A stretch of DNA of 64,000 nucleotides from Vulcanimicrobiota bacterium (lineage in GTDB: Bacteria; Vulcanimicrobiota; Vulcanimicrobiia; Vulcanimicrobiales; Vulcanimicrobiaceae), in the NCBI GenBank assembly GCA_963726285.1, contig CAVSBV010000004.1, forward strand, positions 18,659-82,658, written 5' to 3'. Positions within the stretch are counted from its first letter, which is position 1. Each line of letters opens with the position of its first letter. The position numbers and the translations under genes are program-made. This document shows, piece after piece, positions 17,058 to 25,700 of this stretch. The notes beneath the pieces were generated by a model. That model was not told where the DNA came from. It saw only the letters and a program-made list of their open reading frames with translations, and made no database searches.

Positions 17058-17379
17058 CTTCAACCTCGCGATCTACGCGGATGCAGCGCTTGTGTAGCCC
17101 GTGGACCTTTAGTGTTCGGGGAAAGTGTGGATTGAACGGGGCGATCTCGATGAGCGCCTCTAATCCGTCGTTGGCGCAACCGACGCGAAACGTCGCTTCG
17201 CCCTTCTCAATATCGTAGAGGGTGATCGTGCCGTTCGGATTGTAAGTCACTGCGCCGCCCGGCGACGTACTAGTCGGCGTCGCCCGCGGATTTTGCGGCA
17301 CGTGAGACTCGCACGCCGTCGAAGACATCAGCGCGAACAGCGCAGCGGCGATCTGCCTAAGCGCCAGCATTTGTTTCAT
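17050..17379 (-). CDS. small lipoprotein, function unknown
   Basis: 109 aa from ATG 17379 (ATGA overlap with the upstream stop). MKQMLALRQIAAALFALMSSTAC lipobox. Confidence 0.6.
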   Translation of the reverse strand: MKQMLALRQIAAALFALMSSTACESHVPQNPRATPTSTSPGGAVTYNPNGTITLYDIEKGEATFRVGCANDGLEALIEIAPFNPHFPRTLKVHGLHKRCIRVDREVEDA

Positions 17380-18131
17380 GGTTTGCCACCAGTCAATGGA
17401 ATCGAAGAGAAGTCTTGGCACGCCTTTATCGATGATGCGGAAACGTCGGGAGCGAACCAGATGTTGTTGAGCGACGACGTGCTGGCGTTGAGCATTCCGT
17501 ATTGCGAGACGAGCAACGAGCAATGTGCGTACTCGCGCGCGACGACGCGCTGGCCCGCGAGCCGACCGAACCACGTCGCCGCGCCCACGAGATGTGTGCC
17601 GGCTTCGAGGTAGTCGTAGCTCACCCGAGTCGCGACGGGCGCGCGATGCAGTGTGCTCGCGATGATCGCGTCCCACGCAAGACCACCGGCTACGAGTGTC
17701 GGCAAACCGCCGTGCGCACTAACCGCCGCCAGAGGGTCAATCTCAAATGAGTGGGGAGCGCCGAAGGAAAACGTGACGACGTTCGCCGGAACGTATGTCG
17801 GCGGAGCCGACCAACACTCTTGCATGCCCTGCCACGTTGTGCATCCTGTTTCGAGCGGGTGGACTGCATGCGTCCAGAGATCGGCGTACTGCGCGCGCGA
17901 GCCACGAAGCCCCACCGCCGTAATCACGCCATCTAGAAACTGCGTGCCGAGCTTCATGTAGAATGCGCGGCGTTCGACGGGATCGCGCGGCACGAAAGCG
18001 ATTCGACCGCAAAATACGCGATGCTTGCACGGGTCTTCCGGCCCCTTCGCCGAGATGTACGAAACGGTCGATGAAGGGGCGGGTGACGGCGTAGCGGTAA
18101 TTGCCGCGGCCGCTATGATTGCGCCCAGCAC
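17376..18131 (-). CDS. exported protein, function unknown
   Basis: 251 aa if started at GTG 18131 (TAGTG overlap with the upstream stop), giving VLGAIIAAAAITATPSP as a signal/anchor. The Arg-rich extension of the 280-aa ORF overlaps the upstream gene. Confidence 0.55.
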   Translation of the reverse strand: MLGAIIAAAAITATPSPAPSSTVSYISAKGPEDPCKHRVFCGRIAFVPRDPVERRAFYMKLGTQFLDGVITAVGLRGSRAQYADLWTHAVHPLETGCTTWQGMQECWSAPPTYVPANVVTFSFGAPHSFEIDPLAAVSAHGGLPTLVAGGLAWDAIIASTLHRAPVATRVSYDYLEAGTHLVGAATWFGRLAGQRVVAREYAHCSLLVSQYGMLNASTSSLNNIWFAPDVSASSIKACQDFSSIPLTGGKP

Positions 18132-18742
18132 TATTTCGGAAACTCTGTGTTGGCGGCGTTTTCGAGTTCGATTACGCCGTGCGCAGCGTTGCCGCCGGCG
18201 CGGTATCCGCACGGCCAACGGCGTGTGAGTTCATACCACGCATACGAAATCACGAGGTTCTCACCGACGTACGCGGCGGATGATTGGGAACCGAAGACGC
18301 GGATGCCGATGCTGCCGTGTCGAACGGCGTTACCTACCGACAGCCCGTTTGCAACGTCAGAGAGGCCGTCGAAACCGAGCGCGGCCTTATCGGGACACGC
18401 ATGCGACTTCGAGCCAATCTGCTCGACGTTTTGCGCAGCATCGTACGTCCACGACGTCGATCCGTTGCGACCGTCAAATGCGGCATTCGGATCGCCGCCG
18501 ACTGCCCACGAGAATTTCCATGGCGAGAACGGCTTCGGCGACGGGGTGACGAGGGCGCGGATCGTCGCTGCGTCAAACGCGAGGCCCGCGGGAAGCTGCG
18601 TGCCGGCTTGCGGTAACGAGCCGCTCGGCATCGAGACGTTCCCGAGCGTGGAGGTTACGGTTTGCGGAGGTAGCTGTACCGGCGTCGGTGAGGGAGAAGG
18701 CGATACTATTACGATCGCTGCGAGTGCAAAGGAAGCGAACAT
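18131..18742 (-). CDS. exported protein, first gene of the operon, function unknown
   Basis: 203 aa. Hydrophobic N-terminus MFASFALAAIVIVSPSPSP with a G-rich SD-like run upstream. Confidence 0.6.
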   Translation of the reverse strand: MFASFALAAIVIVSPSPSPTPVQLPPQTVTSTLGNVSMPSGSLPQAGTQLPAGLAFDAATIRALVTPSPKPFSPWKFSWAVGGDPNAAFDGRNGSTSWTYDAAQNVEQIGSKSHACPDKAALGFDGLSDVANGLSVGNAVRHGSIGIRVFGSQSSAAYVGENLVISYAWYELTRRWPCGYRAGGNAAHGVIELENAANTEFPK

Positions 18743-19094
18743 TATTCGTCGCCCCCGCCGACGCCGATGTTACAGACGCCGACGAAGTCCCCGCTGATAT
18801 CGGATGTGAATGGAGCCATGCTCGAGACGCTACCCCGCGATTGTGAAAAGAGCCGGCCGTCGCGTCGTAGCGACCTCCGCTTGCTGCTCTCTACGCGGAG
18901 CGGTGCGGCCCGCGAACTTGGGCGCGCATATTCGTTTAGTAATTGCGGCGAACGGGTCGCCGCGCTTCGTGAGTCTAGTTTACGGGATCATTGCGATGGA
19001 TCGCAACCTGCGGATCGATACTTTAACGCATTGCCACGCATCGTTGCGCAGCGGTCGTGCTATATTTCGATCCGATTATGACTGCGAAAAGTAA

Positions 19095-19271
19095 ATCGGC
19101 GAAGGGGGCCGGGCGAAGAGCATCATCCTCGATTCCGAGACCGACGCGATGCTGGACGAACTCGTTGGTGTGCTCTATATGCCAAGAGAAAGACGTGCGG
19201 CTCTCAGCCGCTCCGAGGTCGTGCGGCGACTCATCCGCGACGCGCACGGGAACGTGGCCCGCAAGAGGTAA
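19095..19271 (+). other. ribbon-helix-helix (CopG/antitoxin-like) reading frame without a canonical start codon
   Basis: The frame after TAA 19092-19094 reads IGEGGRAKSIILDSETDAMLDELVGVLYMPRERRAALSRSEVVRRLIRDAHGNVARKR, stop 19269-19271. The first ATG/GTG/TTG (at MLDEL) falls after the predicted beta-strand. Confidence 0.3.
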
Positions 19272-19359
19272 GGTCCTGCGCGGGATCCGATGAAAGGCGG
19301 GCCGTACGGCTCATCTTCGTGAGCAGGTCGACAGGCGCCGCGGAAAGCATTTTCACAAA

Positions 19360-19815
19360 ATGACTAGACGTACTAAAGGGCTCTTATTGCTTGTGGCGAT
19401 AGCGTGCGTCACTTTCCCTTCGAGACTTCTCGCGCAGACTGTTCCGATGGAGAAGTTTACCGCCGACGAAAAGGCGTATCCGTCCAGCGTTGTAGCCGCC
19501 GACCGGAAATGCATCCTCACCGATCCTTCGCAGCACGACGAAGTAATCAAGGCGTGCGCGACGGCCGCGAATCTCATCGCGAAATTCGCCGTCGACCATC
19601 ATGGTAGCTTGTCGAATGACCAGATGGCTTGGGGTGTCATGCAGGAGGCGGAGAACAACTCCCAGGCCAGCAGCGCGGCGTGTCAGGCCGGAGCGGCGGA
19701 TATAGCGAACCGATTCATGAGTCGCGTACAGTACGAATATCAAACTGTCGCTGCGACGAAATCGGCCTACAGCGCGGAAGCGCAACAACGCTTGACCCAC
19801 CTGCAGTCCTGTTGA
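19360..19815 (+). CDS. secreted Cys-containing protein, function unknown
   Basis: 151 aa with the signal peptide MTRRTKGLLLLVAIACVTFPSRLLAQ. Confidence 0.6.
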   Translation: MTRRTKGLLLLVAIACVTFPSRLLAQTVPMEKFTADEKAYPSSVVAADRKCILTDPSQHDEVIKACATAANLIAKFAVDHHGSLSNDQMAWGVMQEAENNSQASSAACQAGAADIANRFMSRVQYEYQTVAATKSAYSAEAQQRLTHLQSC

Positions 19816-20513
19816 TCGACGCGAAGGCACTTGCCGCCGAGCGTTGGTTCGGGTACGGCCGATGGGATGCGCCTTATTGGTTCGTTGGAATGGAACCTGG
19901 CGGCGACGACACGCATGCGTCATACGACGCCTGGCTCGCGCTAGGCGCCGGTGAACTCATCGATTGCCGCTCGCATCACCAATGGGAACTTGAAACCAAA
20001 GGAATCGATAACCCCGATTGGACGAAATGGCACCGACGCGAGAGGCCGAACGTCACGCAGTCGACGTGGAGGTCGCTGATACAAGCCCTGCTCGCCTTCA
20101 AAGGCGAGCCTTCCGATCTCGAATCGGTGCGAGTCTATCAGCGCGATCGCTGGGGGATGCTTGCCGACGAGACGGCGGTCATCGAATTGAACGCACTCCA
20201 CGCGCCGAGCAGCGCGGCGAGAGTTGATCGTGAAACGCATCGCCCGCAGCGCATTCGTACGATCCGTGAACGCATGGCGCAGTTTCGACCGACGTTTGCC
20301 GTTTTCTACGGCAACGGCTACCGGCCGTCCTACGAGCAGATCGTCGGCGGGCCATTTGGTGAGGACGGGTTCGCGCGTAGCGGCAATACGATTTGCGCTC
20401 TCGTGCCGCACCCCGCGCGATCTGGAAAGAGTAGAGAGTGGTGGGACGAATTCGGGCAGCGTTTGCATTCGACGTCTTTGATTCACACGTCGTCGAATGC
20501 GTCGTCTGAATAG
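19812..20513 (+). CDS. hypothetical protein with uracil-DNA-glycosylase-superfamily-like motifs
   Basis: 233 aa if started at TTG 19812 (TTGA overlap with the upstream stop). The alternative start is the ATG of VGMEPGG. YWFVGMEPGG resembles UDG motif A (GExPG). ALVPHPARSG resembles motif B (HPS). Spacing and the intervening hydrophobic strands fit the fold. Confidence 0.5.
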   Translation: MIDAKALAAERWFGYGRWDAPYWFVGMEPGGDDTHASYDAWLALGAGELIDCRSHHQWELETKGIDNPDWTKWHRRERPNVTQSTWRSLIQALLAFKGEPSDLESVRVYQRDRWGMLADETAVIELNALHAPSSAARVDRETHRPQRIRTIRERMAQFRPTFAVFYGNGYRPSYEQIVGGPFGEDGFARSGNTICALVPHPARSGKSREWWDEFGQRLHSTSLIHTSSNASSE

Positions 20514-22363
20514 ATGATTTGCCAGGGCTGGACCTGATCGACCAGTCCTTCTCTGAATCGCTCGGGCTTCATCGCGTCACGCATTCTGACTGGAATCTCC
20601 GTGATCGTCAGCGGCGCAGTCATTGCTGCTTGTATCGAACGAATGAGAACCTCTTCGATGAAGCGATTCAAGCGATTCAGAATAGCCGGAATGAAGAAGG
20701 TCAACGGCAGCCCGAACACCTCGGGCTCCCTGACATCGAACTGATCCCCGGGTTTGCGCACGTACTGAATACGTGGCGCGACGAACGGCTTGTGCTCTAA
20801 GTTGTTGCGAGCCACCGTGAGGGGCTGCAACCACTTCCGCGTCTCGCGCAGATAGTCGGAGAGCATCGGATCCGTCGTTTCAAGCGCCGTCGCGCCCGCT
20901 TCGAAGTTCTTATCCTCCTGGAACATGAACCCGATGTCGATTCCAAGGAGTTTGGTGAGGCCCTGAAACTGCTTTGCCGTGTTGGCGCCGTCTCGAATAA
21001 TGATCTCGATATTGTGCGAGAGCGCGTCGTCGATGGTCTCATCGACGTGAATTGCGTTCTGATAGCGGATGATCTCTCCACGAGAAATGCGGCCGACGTG
21101 ATCGTTCCAGAGGTCTAGCGTTTCCCGACCGATGCGTCGAAGCGTCGCCAGGTCGTTCAAGGCGGAGTGATACGCGGTGTTAAACGCTTCGACGTCGGCT
21201 GGCTTACTGAGAACTAGATCGCGCAGGTGGAGCGGCGTCATCCACAGTCGGGAGACGAACGGCGTCGACGTGCCTTCGTCCGCAAGATGAGCTATCGTAA
21301 ATTCCTGGTGCGGCTGTCGAACCGTCAGATTGCTACGCTTGGCGATCTGCTCGGCGAACGTCTCGAAGTCATCGAACGACATGGGTAACACCGAGGAAAT
21401 CTGCTGGTCGTTCTTGAGTTGGGTCGTCATCGTCGAAACGCGGATCGGTGCGAAGGTCAGCAGGCCTTCGAGCGGCAAGGGACCTTCGAGGATCACGATG
21501 CCGCCGTCTTGCCATCGTTGATAGAACAGCTTGCCGAGAAGCTCTTTTTCCGACGATTCGATGAGGAAGGGCGGCGTCGCTACCGGCTCGGTCTTTTGAA
21601 GTTCGACGAGACGACCCGCGAGGTCGAACTGATAAAGAATGACCACATCCTTGTTCGGGGGAACGCCCACGACAGCGGCGTTCATGTCGGGACGTTCGAA
21701 TGAAGGCGCGTAGAACGCCAACTGGCCGATGATGAAGCCAATCAGCCGGTTCAATGAAAACGCGCTCGTCGACGTCGTCACCATGTGCAACAGCGCGGGC
21801 GAAACGAAATCACGCTTTCCTCGCGCGGGAGGTAGCCAGTCGCCTGGCATCGTCAGATCCGGCCCGAACGTCACGAGATAGTTGATCGTGCCTCGGTTCA
21901 GCACGGCTACCATGTCCGGCCACAGATCGGCTGACCTCTCGCTATTGAAGCGCCGCATCATCTGAGCTATTGAGTCCAACGATTGCGCGGAACTCGCGGC
22001 TATGACCGCTCCGAGCGTGACGGTCGAACCACTCGGGTCCTTGCTCAGCGTCTTTTCCAACGCTTTGACTTGCGCGATGCATTCGTAGCCGGCGCGGAGA
22101 TTCGCCTCGTCCAACTGCACGCATGCGAACGCAGCAACCGCGACGGCGTCAGCATCGATTTCGCCGTCTTGAATCGGCGAAGTCGCGATGACCGTGACGG
22201 GACCGACGCGCGTTCCCTTTGCATCGCGAATCGTCGCTCGACCGACGTGAAACGACGTCAGCCGGTCGGCGAGAGTCTTAGTAAGTCCCTCGATGAAATC
22301 GTCGCCGGTAAGAGTGCTAAGGTTTCGGCCGGCGTCCCGTATGATCTCGTGCAGTGCCAGCAT
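20483..22363 (-). CDS. large orphan protein with a C-terminal HEPN-like Rx4H motif
   Basis: 626 aa. There are no NTPase motifs and I recognise no family. RNNLEH is encoded at 20809-20792 within a helical C-terminal region. It sits directly upstream of, and divergent from, the type I R-M operon. Confidence 0.75.
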   Translation of the reverse strand: MLALHEIIRDAGRNLSTLTGDDFIEGLTKTLADRLTSFHVGRATIRDAKGTRVGPVTVIATSPIQDGEIDADAVAVAAFACVQLDEANLRAGYECIAQVKALEKTLSKDPSGSTVTLGAVIAASSAQSLDSIAQMMRRFNSERSADLWPDMVAVLNRGTINYLVTFGPDLTMPGDWLPPARGKRDFVSPALLHMVTTSTSAFSLNRLIGFIIGQLAFYAPSFERPDMNAAVVGVPPNKDVVILYQFDLAGRLVELQKTEPVATPPFLIESSEKELLGKLFYQRWQDGGIVILEGPLPLEGLLTFAPIRVSTMTTQLKNDQQISSVLPMSFDDFETFAEQIAKRSNLTVRQPHQEFTIAHLADEGTSTPFVSRLWMTPLHLRDLVLSKPADVEAFNTAYHSALNDLATLRRIGRETLDLWNDHVGRISRGEIIRYQNAIHVDETIDDALSHNIEIIIRDGANTAKQFQGLTKLLGIDIGFMFQEDKNFEAGATALETTDPMLSDYLRETRKWLQPLTVARNNLEHKPFVAPRIQYVRKPGDQFDVREPEVFGLPLTFFIPAILNRLNRFIEEVLIRSIQAAMTAPLTITEIPVRMRDAMKPERFREGLVDQVQPWQIIYSDDAFDDV

Positions 22364-22410
22364 CGGTAGCCAGGAGATGCGCCAGGGATTCTCCGAACAC
22401 CTGTTCGCCT

Positions 22411-22644
22411 ATGAGCAGGCGGTACCAGGAGATCGAAGAGCGACGCGCGCGCGACATCGCTGGGGCGAAGACGACGCTCAAGGCGCTGGGTGATCGGGAG
22501 CGAGCCTATCTAATGATGTGGCTCCTTAAATATTTCGAGGATTCGGGGACGATGCGGTCACCGCAGGCGGGGAAGGCGCGGCGGACCATCGTCCTCGATG
22601 GCGAGGAGTTTTGGCTCGTGCGTATGCCTGACCGGCAACGCTAA
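22411..22644 (+). CDS. small hypothetical protein upstream of hsdR
   Basis: 77 aa from ATG 22411: MSRRYQEIEERRARDIAGAKTTLKALGDRERAYLMMWLLKYF... No family recognised. Confidence 0.45.
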   Translation: MSRRYQEIEERRARDIAGAKTTLKALGDRERAYLMMWLLKYFEDSGTMRSPQAGKARRTIVLDGEEFWLVRMPDRQR

Positions 22645-22738
22645 GACTTCGACCCACTTCGGAGCGTTGCTACAATACGGGACGACGTGATCCGAATGTC
22701 CCGGAAGCGTTCCGCGTCGACCGAGGAGAACTTGGGCC

Positions 22739-25700
22739 GTGATGTCGCTACCCGGGTCGGCGAATTTCGCTTTTCTCACGCGCTATGATGAGGCATTAGT
22801 CAGGGTTGCAGCCCTGGCCGAGCGCTATTTTCCGGACGATCCCGTGACCTCTGTCATGAAGGTTCGCCAATTCGGGGAACTGCTCGCGCGCGAGACCGCG
22901 GCGCGGCTCGGAGTCTTTCTCTCGGGCGAGGAATCGCAGGTCGATCTCCTCGCGCGCCTCAGTCGCGAGAGCGGCGTGCCCCCTGAGGTGACGGATCTCT
23001 TTCACTATATACGCCGGATGGGCAACGTCGCGATCCACGAGCATCGGGGTGACCATACTGTATCTCTTGCAGCGTTGAAGATGGCTTGGCAGCTTGCGGT
23101 TTGGTTTCATCGCACGTTCGGCGACCGCAGTTTCAAATCGGGTGCATTCGCTCCGCCCAAACCGCCGCCGGATCCGACCGTTACTCTTCGGGAACAGTTG
23201 GAGGCACTTCGCAAGGAGCGCGATGCAAGTATGTCCGCCGCCGAGTTGGCCGAAGCGCGTGCAGCCGAAGCGGAGGCTGCGCGTCTCGGTGCCGAGGAGC
23301 GCGCGCGAAAAGAAGCTGAGGAGCGCGCGTTTTGGGAGCAATATGCGGCGGAAGCTGAAGCGAAGGCGGCGCCGAAGTTCGCCATGCTGCAAGCAGAGAC
23401 TATGGCGTTGCCTCTTGCGCAACGATCCGAGCGGCGCTCCGCTGTACTCCAAGCCGCGAGTGGCATCGTTCTGGACGAAGCGGAAACCCGCGTGCTTATC
23501 GATGAACAGTTGCGTTTACGTGGCTGGGAAGCCGATACGCAACGGATCCGATACTCCGCGGGCGTACGTCCGGCGAAGGGGCGGAATCTCGCCATTGCGG
23601 AGTGGCCTACCGAAAGCGGTCCTGCGGATTACGCGCTGTTCATAGGCACGACGTGCGTCGGGGTAATCGAAGCGAAGCGAAAGCGTAAGAACGTTTCTGC
23701 TGCAATTGATCAAGTCGCGAGGTACGCTCAATGCTTCCGCGCAGAAGCTGGGATCGATTTCGCTCGGGGCTCACCGTGGCCGGCGGAATCTAGTGCGGAA
23801 TCACAGCTTCCGTACCGGATTCCGTTCCTCTTCGCGACGAATGCGCGACCGTATCTGAAGCAGATCGAAACAGAATCCGGCATCTGGTTTCGCGATGTCC
23901 GTCAACCGACGAACCTACGTCGACCGCTCGTCGATTGGTTCACGCCGCAGGGTCTGGAAGAACTCATTGGCACGGATAAGGCGAAGGCGCATGCCGACCT
24001 CGAAGCGATGCCATTCGACTTCGGCTTTCAACTGCGCGATTATCAGGAACGCGCCATTCGAGCAGTCGAGGACGCCGTTTCGGACGATGCCGCACGGGCG
24101 GCGCTTCTTGCGATGGCGACCGGCACTGGCAAGACGAAACTCGCGATCGCGATGCTTTACCGACTGCTAGCCTCGAAGCGATTCCGCCGCATCTGCTTCA
24201 TCGTGGATCGTCGCGCTCTCGGAGAGCAAGCGGAAGGCGAATTCACGACGACGCGCGTCGTCGGAGTTCGCACGTTCGCAGACATCTTTGGTTTGAAGGG
24301 GCTTGACGATATCGGTATCGACCCCTCGACCAAGGTGCATATCTGTACCATTCAAGGACTCGTAAAACGCGTGTTGTTCGCGGCCGATCCGAAGGACGTG
24401 CCGTCGGTCGACCAATACGACCTCATGGTCGTCGACGAATGTCACCGCGGATACCTTCTGGATCGCGAGATGTCCGAGACTGAACTCGTCTTCCGCGACG
24501 AGGCGGACTACGTCAGCAAGTATCGCCGCGTATTGGAACACTTCGACGCGGTGAAGATCGGCCTCACGGCGACGCCGGCGCTGCACACCACGGAGATATT
24601 CGGCGACCCGATCTTCACGTATTCATATCGTGAAGCCGTCGTCGACGGTTGGCTCATCGACAGCGAGCCACCGATTCGCATACAGACCGCGCTCTCCGCC
24701 GACGGGATCCACTTCAAGCGCGGTGAGGAACTTCGGCTCTTCGATCCCAAGACGGGGGATCTCGATCTGGCGCATGCGCCCGACGATCTGGACTTTGACA
24801 TCGCCGAGTTCAACAAGCGCGTCTTGACTCGCGAGTTCAACCGCGTAGTGGCTGAGGAGTTGGCAAAGCACATCGACCCTAGTCTGCCGGGAAAGACGCT
24901 CGTGTTCGCGGCAACGGATGGTCACGCCGACATCCTCGTCGACGAATTGAAGAAAGCGTTCGAAGTTCAGTACGGCTCCATCGATGACGCGGCAGTGAAG
25001 AAGATTACCGGCAGCATCGACGCGCCCGGAAAGGCGATCAAGCGCTTCCGCAATGACGCTAATCCCAAGGTCGCAGTCACCGTGGACCTGCTGACGACGG
25101 GCGTTGACGTCCCGTCCATCATGAACCTCGTCTTCGTCCGCCGAGTGAATAGCCGCATTCTCTTCGAGCAGATGCTCGGGCGAGCCACGCGCAGGTGTGA
25201 CGAAATCGGGAAGGAGACGTTCCGCATCTTCGATGCTGTGGGGATCTACGACGCGTTAAGAGACTTCACGACGATGAGGCCTGTGGTCGTAAATCCGTCG
25301 ATCTCATTCGAGACGCTTTTCCACGAATTGACGGAAGTCTCCGACGAGAAGCACCGTGTGCTCGTTCGCGACCAAATTCTCGTGAAGCTCCGCCGCCGAA
25401 TCAGTCGGCTTCATGAAAAGGCCCTGGAACAGTATGAGGCCCTGGCCGGCGAAACGCCGCAAGACACGTTGAAGCGAATCGCGGGCGCGACTCCAGAGGA
25501 CCTTGCAAAGTGGGCACAGGCGAAGACTGGACTGGGTAAGATTCTGGATTGGGAACCGGAGGGCGCCGGCGCTGCGAGCGTTTCTTTGGTCGTCTCCACG
25601 CATCGCGACGAGCACCGCTCGACGACTGTCGGTTACGGTGGTGCGGAACGTCCCGAAGACTACCTCGTAGCCTTCGCAGCGTTCGTTCGGGACAACGAAA

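Noticed and set aside
13173-18742. Calling the envelope operon a type IV secretion mating-pair-formation system
   Set aside because: It has no VirB4/VirB11-type ATPase motif, no recognisable VirB6/8/9/10 or pilin signatures. I kept it as an open finding rather than a functional call.
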